DNA from: Auanema rhodensis
Taxonomy: Eukaryota; Animalia; Nematoda
Reading direction: 5' to 3'
NCBI GenBank assembly: GCA_964057225.1
Contig: OZ059895.1
Coordinates: forward strand, 5,518,001-5,582,000
DNA length: 64,000 nucleotides
In this document: positions 27,498 to 38,705 of the stretch, in pieces
How the letters are laid out: each line of letters starts with the position of its first letter
How positions within the stretch are numbered: position 1 is the stretch's first letter
The notes under the pieces: generated by a model
Told to the model about the DNA's origin: nothing
Databases searched by the model: none
What the model saw: the letters and a program-made list of their open reading frames with translations, nothing else
Program-made: the position numbers and the translations under genes

Positions 27498-28091
27498 ATG
27501 ATAAGCGCGAAAAAGAATATCCTAAGATTTATAATAGAAAAATCAAAAAATGTCTGGAAAAAATCTGAAAGTACAAACCATATTATAATAAATGACACAC
27601 GTTTAGAGGACTATTCATCTATACTTTTACTATTTAGTCATTACCATTTATTGGTGAATAAGAAAACATTGTTATCTTGCTCAGCTACACTAGAGACTAC
27701 AGATATATTTTTCAACTCAAAAAAACGTTTAATTTCTATAATTACAATAGTAAAAGTGACAATTACTACTGTATTACATAAAATTCATCTAAATATTTTA
27801 ATTATTTTGCTCTTACGGGGACTTAATATATTTTCTTTGCCTGTCCAGATTCAGCTATTGTACTTCAATATTCCAGATACAGTACCATCAAAGAAACTGA
27901 TTTTGAATTGTATGAAATATATAAGTGATTGCTTCATTAATTGTAAGTTTCGATGCTTTCATTATTTACAATCATATTTCTACATATGAAACTATGATAT
28001 TCCAGATTATCGAGCCAAACCTAAGAAAGTTCGAAGACCCTGCCCCATTGAGAATTGTCATTGGAGCAAAAATAAATATTTTCAAATTTAA
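27498..28091 (+). CDS. Candidate orphan protein upstream of npp-13
   Basis: 173-codon stop-free frame (27468-27989) in very AT-rich DNA; a GTAAGT..TTCCAG intron (27943-28005) joins in phase to YYRAKPKKVRRPCPIENCHWSKNKYFQI*. No recognisable domain. Confidence 0.35.
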
Positions 28092-28205
28092 ACCTTTTCC
28101 TTCTTATTCATGATTAATTACAATATTCGATGCAAATTTATCAAAGAATCTATTTTTCTTTTGGGATATAGGTGTAGTTAAGTTGATTTTCAATTTTTAC
28201 AGAAA

Positions 28206-31200
28206 ATGTCTGCCTTTTTAAATGAGATTCTTGGTAGAGCAGAAAAACTATCATCAGCCAACTATCAAGAGGATATAAATCATGTAGTTGTGAATGCTTC
28301 TACAGGAAGGCAGCAGCCTGCGACGAAGAAAAATGTATTAGTAATTGAAAATGTATTGTTTTCTTACTTTTTTTTAAGGTACCTCTTTTCGCTGGAGGAA
28401 GCTCTGAAATTGATTTAGCTAGTATATTCCGCGCCAGTGAAAACTTATGGAGTAAAGCTGATTCTAACAACATAAAAGTTGGCATTAATTATAAGAGTAA
28501 AATAATAAAAATTTGTTACAGAAAGATTTTCTTTTTGGGGACAAAGGTGTTGTATTTGGAATTAATGCTCCTGAACTCAGCAGTACATTTTGTGAAAGAG
28601 CTGTCGAAGAAGAGGATGAAGATGTGCATATTTATATTCATTAATATTTTTTAAAGGTTTTATGGTTTTAGGTTGATGCCGATATTCAAAGAATAAGAGT
28701 AGAAGCCGAAAGAGCCTTCTTCAATCATGTTCTTCTCTCAAAGCCTCAGACTGCGTTATCTTCTGCTGCTGCAGTTCAAAAGCAAAACGTAGTTTTAAAG
28801 TTGATCTCCATATCAGACATTTATTTATATAGATCAAGAATGCTGGTTCAAATGATTTTCGACTAATTCCTAACTCTGCTACTTCGAGAAGAGAATTACT
28901 GTTTGGTGATAAAGTTCGCAAATATATTCGAAGTGGAAAAAGAGTGAGTTTAAATGTTTAAGGCAAGAATTTTACACTACTGTTTCAGAAAGATGTTTGT
29001 GAACTTCTCAACAGTGTAAATGAGGATCCATCTACTGATAGTGTTCTTGTTGATATCTGGGGTGAGGCCGCAGCTATGATGACGAAAAAACTTTCGGAAA
29101 ATAGAGATGAAAATTCGGTATCTCGATTCTTTGTGGAGAATGCTTGTAATTTTTTGCATAGACAGTAAGTAATATGAAGCTTTTGTTATTCATGTATTTA
29201 CTGCTAGATATATTCAACACATGAGCGACAAAGTTGAAAGGAATTTGGAGATTGCCCAGCGTGGAGGTATTCCCGGAACCAAAGGTCTAGTTGAAGCTTT
29301 CTTAAAGGTACTTTTATTTATGAAAAACTGTGTCCCTTATGAAGAAGTTTTTTAGATTGCCCCTGATGATCCAAATGCTGAAGATGGCGTTATAAAGGGA
29401 CTTCCTGTCTGGGAGGTATGAAGTTGAGATAATTGTTTTCCAGGATTTGTTAATTTTTCAGGTTACATACCATTGCTTTAGAGCAGGTGAACTTTCTGCT
29501 GCAGCTGATGCTCTAAATCAACTTAACAATTGTCCTCAATCTGCGTGCCTAGTCCAATCTTTGCATCACCTGGATAAGTACAATAAGTGTGTTTACCTTG
29601 AGAAGTTTTATTAAATATTTTCTTCCCCACAGATTGGATGCTGAACTTAAGAAAAAGGTTAAAGTAGAGTGGAGACATAACATGAACAACATTCGTGATA
29701 AGTACAAAAGAGCACTGTATGCCGCTATTTTAGGAACAGGTGCGTGCATAATTGCACTTTTTCTAATATGCACATTTTCTTTTAGAGTCCCCTCTAGCAG
29801 ATTCTCTAGAAAACTGGCTTTGGTTCCAGTTGATTCCCCTTCATATTGATCCTCATATGACTACTACTTTGTTTACGGAAGTTCAGAAGACGATATCTAT
29901 CGATTACGGTATTTTTTTTATAATTCCTTGATTATCTGAATTCTGAAATTGTAGGGGAGGATTATTTCATGAGAAGTGGAGAATTTCATTATTATTTCAC
30001 AGTTTTATGGCTTAGTTCTCAATTTGAGAAAGCTATTGAGGTTATTTGTTATTATTTTTCCTACAAATTATAATTTTTCAGCTTCTCACCAATAACAATC
30101 ATATTTTGGAAGCTGTCCACTTGGCTATTTTAGGAAACGAGCTTGGATACATTAGATGTTGCTCCGATTCTTCTGCTCCTCTTGGTTTCTGAGATTTTTT
30201 TACAATAATTAATGTTTATTCATTTAGTGGTTACGGATCCTTTACAGCCTACCGTTTGCTCATTAAACATCCCTCGACTTGTTGTAACATATACCAAAGA
30301 ATTTGAACTAACTGACCCTACTCGAGCAATGGATTACTTTTTTTTGGTTAAGGTACTTTATTTCAATATATTTCCTGTCAACATTTTAAATTATAGGGAT
30401 TCAAAACTCCAAGTGGATCTGACGTTTTTGAAAAATCTGTTAGTAGATCTGTTTATCTGTGCAATAGTAGAGAGGAAATTGATACTGTTGTTGGTACTTT
30501 TGATAATAGTGGAAATAGGACTCGAGGTCTTATTGATGAGTATGTTACTTAATATTTTTGAAATTCTTTCCAAAAAATTTTTTAGATATGTTGAGGATGC
30601 TACTCCTATTATCGAGAGTATCGCTTTTGATACCGAAACTAGTGGAAGCACATTGGAAGCCCTTCGCCTCTATCTGTTAGCAAATCGTCCATCCAAAGCC
30701 GTGAATTTGCTATCTTCCGAAATTAGTACTGCTCTCAGGTGAATAAAAACATTGTTGTTCTAGTATAGAAAGATTGGTTTCAGATGTGAACGCAATGACC
30801 TGTTGGCTTTAAGAGATGTTGCTGTAGAGTTCTGGCCTTGTATTATTTTAAAGTCATATTTTTTTATCATCAGCATTTTTTAGTGTTGGGTCGGGCTTCA
30901 GCCAGTGATTATTCAGAGCTTGCAATTCTTGTGGATCTTATAAAGATATTTGGTGCTTGCTCCAAAAGTAATGCAGAAGAAGCTTATAAGTATTTTTATA
31001 TAATTTTTATTATTTTTTTAAAATGTTTTCTTAGATGGTCTCAAGAATTGAGGTTGTTACCCGTGGAAGCCGAGGGTGTTGCTGTTGCTGGCGATGAATT
31101 CCATTTAGTGCCTCAACGTGTAAGTGGATTATCGATATTTTAAATTAACTTTAAAAATAAATGAAAATGATTTTAGGTGCGTGAAGTTATTCCCGACTAT

Positions 31201-31420
31201 TGTCTAGCAATGATGAAATGTATGGTGAATTCCCTGCTTGAGAGACATAATCCAAAGTATTTGAAACAGGTTTGTTGTTTACGGATGAATCTGAGTATGA
31301 TCTGTTGTTTTGTTTGTTTAGGTTAAAGCTATTGTATTGTATGCAGCGACAATAAGCTACAAGTTCCCTCAGCATATTTCTTCACAGTTATTAAAGTTAC
31401 AAGCTACAGTTACTTTATAA
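28206..31420 (+). CDS. npp-13: Nucleoporin Nup93/Nic96
   Basis: HMSDKVERNLEIAQRGGIPGT, GLPVWEVTYHCLRAG, DKYKRALYAAILG, ADSLENWLWFQL, DYGEDYF, QFEKAIE, AVHLAI, LNIPRLVVTYTKEFELTDPTRAMDYFF, ending AATISYKFPQHISSQLLKLQATVTL*. Confidence 0.92.
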
Positions 31421-31737
31421 ACTTTGTAGTTATTACGATATTTATTTTCCATATTGTTTTAAGTGATTCTTGTTGCTTAACCATTTTGATGCTGATCGTT
31501 GTGATTTAATTGTTACAGCTTGGAAAAAATGTTTCTTTATTGTGTGTTACTTTATCCAAGAGGATATCCTCACTCTGCAGCTTACTTGAAGGATCAACAA
31601 TCTTGCACTAGTTAGTATTTGCACGGACGTAGTGCATCACGTCATGTGATGTGCGACTACTTGCTTTTCCTTTTTCACCTCTAAACATCGGTTTTGTGTT
31701 AATTATTTGTTGCTTCTTCTTCATCGGTTTGTAGTTC

Positions 31738-31980
31738 AAGATGAAAAATCAAAGGAACATTCTCGTTCCAAACTATGGCAGGTTTGACCTTGCGACTATG
31801 GTTTCACCTCTACAAGGGCACCTTCTATCGATAGTTATTGCCAATTCTTTTTGGGTCACAAAAAATGCAGCTGTAGTGGCCGTTCATGATAACACGGGCA
31901 TTACGTTGGACTCATTTTATATGGCCGATAGCATTACCTGTTTACACGTTGGGCTTTTTCTCGTATTCTATACTCTCTGA
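31738..31980 (+). ncRNA. Putative structured snoRNA/scaRNA-like RNA in the npp-13/DMGDH intercistronic region
   Basis: GC-richer ~240 nt island bounded by a C-box-like AAGATGA and a D-box CTGA, with two internal stem-loops separated by ANANNA (ACAAAA) and followed by ACA (31944-31946). Folded by eye only. Confidence 0.35.
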
Positions 31981-32048
31981 TTTCTTGTTTTGTCATTTCC
32001 TAAAGATTGACTATTTTTTTTTGTTTTAGAAAACGTGCATTTCTGAAA

Positions 32049-35000
32049 ATGTTGCGCACAACGGGTTTGCGACCTTCCAGTATCTTACTGGATAGTGTCA
32101 GGTAAGAGTTATAATTGGCTTGCTTAGCTTCATGGAATTAGATTGTTGCCTATTCTATTCGCAATGAAATATTTTTAAGGAATGCTTCCACTCGCCATGT
32201 GTTTGCATGTGTTTTGGGATCAGGTGTTGCAGGAAGTTCAGTTGCATACCATTTAACACAGAGAAATATGAAAGATGTATTACTATTGGATAGAACTTGT
32301 TGGTTTTTGAAATCAAAAGTTTATTTTATTAATTTCTTCATTAGCTGGAGCATCTCCAGAAGGAACTTCTTTCCATTCTCCTGGTTTGGTAACAGCAAGT
32401 CATCCAGCTCACCGCTATAAACCTATTCTTGCTTACTCTATTGGATTGTATGAGAAACTTGCTAAAGAAAGTAATGAGGTTCGTTTTCCTTTCTGAAATG
32501 AAATCACATTTGAATTTTGTATACAGAACGTTAACTTCAATCAAGGCGGCACTATTCGTTTGGCTACGAATGAAACCAGACTGAAGGAATTTAAGCGTTA
32601 TGTTGCCAGAGATTACTACAAGGTTCAGATGACCTCATGTATTTACTTTTCTCATTGCGACTGTTGTTTATAGGAAGGCGACGTCTGCAAAACTAGTCTC
32701 TTAACTCCTGCCGAAGTTGCTCAAATAGCCCCCGGTCTTGATATCTCGAAGGTTGGCTGATCATTTGTCGATGAAAAACATATTTCTTTGATTTTAGATT
32801 CTTGGTGCTCTTTATACAACCAATGACGGAACCATATCGGCTCAAGGGCTTACTAAAGCTTTGATTGATGGCGTTCGTAAAGCAGGGGGTGAAGTCCAGA
32901 ACGGAGCCGTTCCTACCATGATCCGTTATGATAAGGTTCTTATGACTTTTGGAATACTTCATGAATTATTTATATCCAGGAGAAGGGTGAATGGCTGATT
33001 GGACTGGAAGATGGAAGTCTTGTATCAACAAGAAATCTTGTTAACGCTGGTGGCATATGGGCTAATGACATTGCTCGTTTGTCGAATCATCGCCTGCCAG
33101 TTGTTATTGTTGAACATCAGTACGCTATAATTAAGGTTTATAATAGAAGTTCAATATATACGTGTGTTTTATAATTTTTAGCCGAACAATGCTCCTGCTG
33201 ATATTCCTGCTATTATCGATCATGATAGTACTTTCTATGTGCGCAAAAGTGGAGACAGCTATATTTTCGGAGGATTTGAACCAACGGAGAAGGTTGTTTT
33301 TCGTGAGGATTGGTACAAGAGCGGAGTTCCTAACCGTACGTGACTTTATGAAAAATAATGAATCATGGATTTTGTTTGTAGTCGGATCTCGTGGTGTTAC
33401 TGCTGACTTCTCAAGGCTGGAACTCGCTCACCAAAGAGCTTGTGAACTAGTTCCAGATCTCAGAAATGCACAGGTTGATGCGAAGGCTGCTGTTTTCAAT
33501 ATGACTGCTGATGGCTATCCTTTGGTTTGTCATACGAGAGTTTTATGTGATTGAGTTGATATAACTAACAATAGGTCGGGCCTTTCGATAAAAACTATTG
33601 GGTATCAACCGGGTTCCTTGATGGTGTAAGCAGTGGAGGAGGTATTGGTAAATATCTCGCTGATTGGATGATCGATGGCGAACCTCCTCAGGAACTGTTC
33701 GACACCGATGCTAGTCGTTATGATAGATGGGCAGAGAGGAAGTTCGAAAATCAATTGCACAGGAAACTAAAATTTCTAATTTTAGTTACATTACCGAAAA
33801 AAGTAGAGAAACCTATTCGATGTACTACAACTGGTCTTATACTGACAGAGCTGGTGGTCGGCCAACGAGCCGTGTTAGTGGTGTGTACGGTAGACTTAGA
33901 AATGAAAAAGCTTACTTTTCTTTCCGTAACGGTTGGGAGGTTTGATTATTATTTTTTAGTTACACTCTTCATGTTGTAATTTAGGTAGCTCAAGTTTTTG
34001 GTGTTGATGATGAAGGTCTTCTTGCAACCCTTTCAAGAGAATACGAGAGAGTGACTAACAGGTTGATTATCAATGTTTATAAATATACGTGAAAATTTAG
34101 ATGTGGAGTTATCGACTTGTCCTGGAAAGGTAAGATTGAAGTTAAAGGAAAAGATGCTGAAGCTTTAATGGAATATGCCATTGCTGGACCTGTAAGTTTA
34201 TTTTACATTTTTATTTATATTTTTTTAAATAAAGGTTCCACCTCTTCGCAAAATCGGTTCTGGCTTGATGCTCACCAGGGAAGGAGGTTTACTGTCACCT
34301 CTGAAAATTTTCCATCATGATAATGCTCGATCTGCTTTTATTCTTCTCACAGAACCTGAGAGAGAAAGTCGCGATTTGTTCTGGTTAGTAATTCTACTCC
34401 TGAATAGATTAATTGTTGTCTTTTCAGGCTCCGTAGAGCTGCTGCTGAAAAGGGATTCAAAGTTCAAGTTAACTGTGTATCTGAATATTTGGCTTCTCTT
34501 GCTTTGGTTGGACCTAACAGTCGTCAGGTTTTGTCTTTCCCAGTTTATGAAAAACTCTTGTCATTTTAAGCTTCTCTCTGAACTAACAAAATCTGATGTT
34601 TCTGATGCCGGATTTCCTCAAAGATCCACAAGGCTTCTTCGCTTGGGTGCTGTTGCGACTGTTTGTGCTCGTAGTTCCACATCCACTGGTCAACTCAGTT
34701 ACGAACTTTTCCACAACAGAGCTGACTCTTTTAAGCTGTACGAGGTATAACTAGTTATATTTATTTATAACCATTTTTTTAAATTAACAGGCTATTATGA
34801 GAGAAGGAAAACAGTACGGTGTTGCTAACTTTGGGCAAGCTACAATGAATATGATGAGACTGGAGCATGGCTACAAGATTTGGGGACGTGAATTGACTCT
34901 TGATACCAATCCATTTGAATCTGGTCTTGGAGGTATTTTTTTATTTCACTGTTATCATCATACATAAACTTTTTTTTCAGGACTTGTTGATCTTAGCAAG

Positions 35001-35428
35001 CCAGACTTTATTGGAAAGAGTGCAGCTGAACGTCTTAAGGACCAGAAGTTCGATAGAAAGCTAGTTCTTCTCACGTTCGATCCTGCTGAAAATTCCGCTG
35101 TTCCTCTTGAATGGAAAAACCTGCCATTTGGAAATGAAGTTATTCGTCGAGATGGAGAAGAAGATGTTAGTTTTACGTGTATTAGTAATTAAAATATTTT
35201 TTTTAAAGAGAATTGGACAAATTACCTCTGGTTCCTACAGTGTTCGTTTGCAAAAACCTATTGCCTTTGCCTGGGTAAACAGCGAAATTAACAGTAATGA
35301 AACTGTAAGATTTTCTACGATATAAAAAAAATAATAAAATTTCTCTTCAGTTAACTGTAGACATTGGTCTCGATCATCGTTTGAAGGCCAGAGTTCTCGA
35401 GGATTTGCCCCATAGACCAACACATTAA
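32049..35428 (+). CDS. Dimethylglycine dehydrogenase-like mitochondrial flavoprotein (DAO + GcvT folate-binding domains)
   Basis: Presequence MLRTTGLR, VLGSGVAGSSVAYHL (FAD binding), GTSFHSPG (His for covalent FAD), VNAGGIWA, TADGYPLVGP, GGGIGKYLADWMIDGEPP, FRNGWE, MRLEHGYKIWGRELTLDTNPFESGL, GQITSGSYS. Confidence 0.93.
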
Positions 35429-35727
35429 AAGAAGGCGCTCCATCGCCAAAAATGTAAAAAGACCGCCAACGTTAAAATTTTTGATTCTATGTATTTGAGA
35501 GGTTCAACAATTTTTTGTTATTTTTCTGTATTCTTAACTTTATGGGTTATATTTATTGGTATTCATTTCACTTAGAGCTATTAGATATATTACTTGCCCA
35601 GAAATCTTTTTTTTTGCGATTGTGTCAGATATTTTAACAGAAACAATAAATTTGAGTTGAAAATATTTCTCTTGGACTGCTAAGTACATATTTGTTTTCA
35701 GTTATTGAAACATTAAAACAATACGAC

Positions 35728-38351
35728 ATGATTATGCAACATGATGAACGGTTTGCAATAATAATAAAAATTAAAATGAACTAGAGAATTTAGGGAGAAT
35801 AATCCCGATCTAATTCAGGAATTGAAAAAAAGTAGACTTAGATTGAAGTATAACTGGGAAAATTTATTCAAGAAATATGAGAATATTAAGGAAAGTGGAA
35901 TTGAAGTGAGTCTTTGTTGAACCTAAATAAAGAAAAGATTTCCAACATAGATTCAACTGGATACTTTTGAAGTATTTGCTCCAGAAGGAATGGATCGACG
36001 AACAGTTACCAAAGAAGTTGAAAAACATGAGTTTCTTGGATCTCAATTTGGGTATTGTTTTATTAAGTTCATACTTATTTGTTTTGTATCAGGACTTCGG
36101 CATTAGCTGCTCCCTGCAATGATGTTGAATCTTTAGAAGGTTGCCATCCGAAGGTTATTGCTAAATGTCGTAAGATGGACAAGGTGATTAAAACTAACGT
36201 TTTAATGAATACATTATGTTTTACAGGAATTTTCGAAAATTCACCAAGTGTTAGCAGTGGTACCACATAGGCAAAAGTTATGGAAGAAGCCAGTTAGACC
36301 GAAGAAGATTATTATACGAAAAACTATAAGGGTTAGCTTTATAAACTCAGCCTTTATAACACATAGTAAATGTTTAGGAAGATATAATAGCAGTAGATAA
36401 AAAATCGCTTGGTTTTCGTCCGATTGGTATTGCTTAGGAGTTTAATTTTAATGATATAATTTATTTATTCAGTTGCTATTGATGATGGGATGACTGATGG
36501 CCCTGTTCCTCAGCACATTCAATCAGCTTTACGTAAGATTTTTCTTGTATTATTTTTTTTTTATTGTTCAATTTACATAGAACTCCTTGTTCCTTATACT
36601 TATGAAAGTCATCTTTTTTGTACTATATGCTATTTAGAATCTGAACCTAAAAGACAAATAGTTTGTCCACCGTCTTCACAAATCCCTTTTCCCGCTGTGG
36701 CTCTCAAGAATGGATTAGAGGACGGTCCAATATCTTCCACAATGTGTATTGCTGGTAAAGATATTTTATGTTATTTTTCTTCATGGTATTGTTATCAGAA
36801 TCAAAACGAAGATCTTTGCCTGTTAGCTTGATGGGTTTAGGTTTGTGTAATAGTACATAATTGCATGTCTTATTCAACTATAGGTTGTTCAGGAGTGAAG
36901 TCTCCTTCTTTCAACTTTAAATCTGCTGTTCATCCTATGTTGACAAACGGTCTTTCGGATGGACCTATTGAAACAAATTTAATGACTGATGAACTCTGTT
37001 ATCAGCCGGAGGAAATGCCGGACGACACAAAAGAAGATGGACCTATTGTAGAATTTCCTTCCTCGCAATCAATTATTGTAAATGACGGACTTTGTGACGG
37101 TCCTCTTGAATTATCCCAGTCATCGCAATCATTTGATGATAATGAAGGATTAGATGTCGCTACGATATCGTCTCAGGAAGACACATATCACGATGTCGTC
37201 TCTGGACGACACAGCTCACATCCTTCAATAATGTTTAAGAATGGCTTAGAGGACGGTCCTGTTTCTATAAATCAGAGTCTAGATCGTATTATAAATTTAT
37301 GTATTAAATTTCTAAATAAACTTTTCAGAATTTTCTGTAAACGATGAGCCTTATTCTCGTGACTCATCTTCTGAACCAAATGTGGCCAAAGACGACTCTG
37401 TTTTGATTCCTGCGGTTCGAAGAACTGAAACCACTGAAGAATATTGTCAAAATCTAACTCTCAACACAAATGTACAAAGCTTTTTTACTCAAAATAGTTC
37501 TCAAAATAGTTCTCCTGTAAGTAGCATGTTCGTGGTTGTATTGATTGTCATGATTCAGATGCCTCGTGGCAGCAATTTTTCTATAGCAGTGCCGTCTCCA
37601 GATGATTCAACAGTGAGTTTAGATCTTAATCATCGGGAGAAATGCTTATTTGACAATATTTTCAATGCTTTAGTGTTCGCCTTCTCGTTTTGTTGTCGCA
37701 GCTGAAAAGATAGAGTCGACGCATTTTACTATGCCGACTCCTCATGTGGAACAGTCAAAGTTTCAAAGTTGCTCTTTTCTGCATAATGTAATTTTTATAT
37801 AGAAAAAGTATCAAGCGAAGTTCCACAGAAAGTGGTGTTGATATGATTGGTGCTAAGAAACCAAAAAGGTAAGTTAATTGCTTTTATTCAATCGTATAGA
37901 AATATTTAAAGAGACATACTTGATGCTAATACTGGTCAACCCGGAGAAGAAAATGATGGCCTTGCTCAAGATATTAGTATTTTAGAATATTCAACTGAAA
38001 TTAATAACTTTTGGATGGAACTAGTATGTTATAATATATTTTCCATGTTCCATCATTTATTTTCAGTTGTTTGATGATATTTCACGAGAAATTAACAAGT
38101 CAAGTTGTAAACCGCGACACTTTTTAGGAATAAAAATGACTGAACTGTTAGGTGATCAAACTCTTATTACTAATTGGGTTAATTATTCTAAAAATGGCAT
38201 AGAAGAGTAAGTAATGTTTTGAAAGTATGAATATACTTGGCTCTTTAGAATCACTGATGGTCAAGATTATGTGGCGAGAGAAGAACGACGTTTGTACTGC
38301 AGTGCTAGAAGGAGAAACAGTTTCATGGTCCGAGGGTATTCTGCTCTTTGA
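35728..38351 (+). CDS. Uncharacterised multi-exon protein with an N-terminal Scm3/HJURP-like CENP-A-binding domain and (N/D)G(L/M)xDGP repeats
   Basis: TTTTCAG acceptor at 35695-35701; exons 35728-35750, 35794-35905, 35951-36051, 36093-36183, 36228-36332 and onward splice in phase to MIMQHDERENNPDLIQELKKSRLRLKYNWENLFKKYENIKESGIEIQLDTFEVFAPEGMDRR..., a basic KKPVRPKK segment, an acidic/Ser-rich repeat region and a last exon ending SFMVRGYSAL* (38351). The gene itself is well supported; the HJURP/Scm3 assignment is by manual alignment. Confidence 0.75.
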
Positions 38352-38705
38352 TATTCTGGATAATCAAGAAAATATTCTAGTCATCTAATGTATATATTTA
38401 TCATACTTTTTTATCATAGGACTATTGTGATTAAAGTTTTATGAAAAAGAAAAAAAAGAAAATACTAAAACGTATTTATTGAATAATTAAAACTGATGAA
38501 ATATATTTGTTAACTTTCTTTTTACGGTAATAATTGTGAAGTTGTTTTTCTTATCAGGGATTTTAGTTTCAGCGTGAAATTTGTGCATAAACCTTGAATC
38601 ACAATTATCGTAAATCTTGTATCATTAAACCTGTATATGGTCACTATGTATTTTACATTACGAGCAAATTGTTCTTACTAATAGCAGAACTTTGTAGAAT
38701 TTCTT

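Noticed and set aside
31944-31963. ACACGTTGGGCTTTTTCTCG resembles the RNase MRP/P CR-V motif and part of the vertebrate telomerase pseudoknot
   Set aside because: No matching CR-I (GAAAGUCC-like) partner and no telomere template nearby.
31741-31980. 79-aa ORF in the npp-13/DMGDH spacer
   Set aside because: Intronless in an intron-dense region with no recognisable domain; better explained by locally higher GC or a structured RNA.
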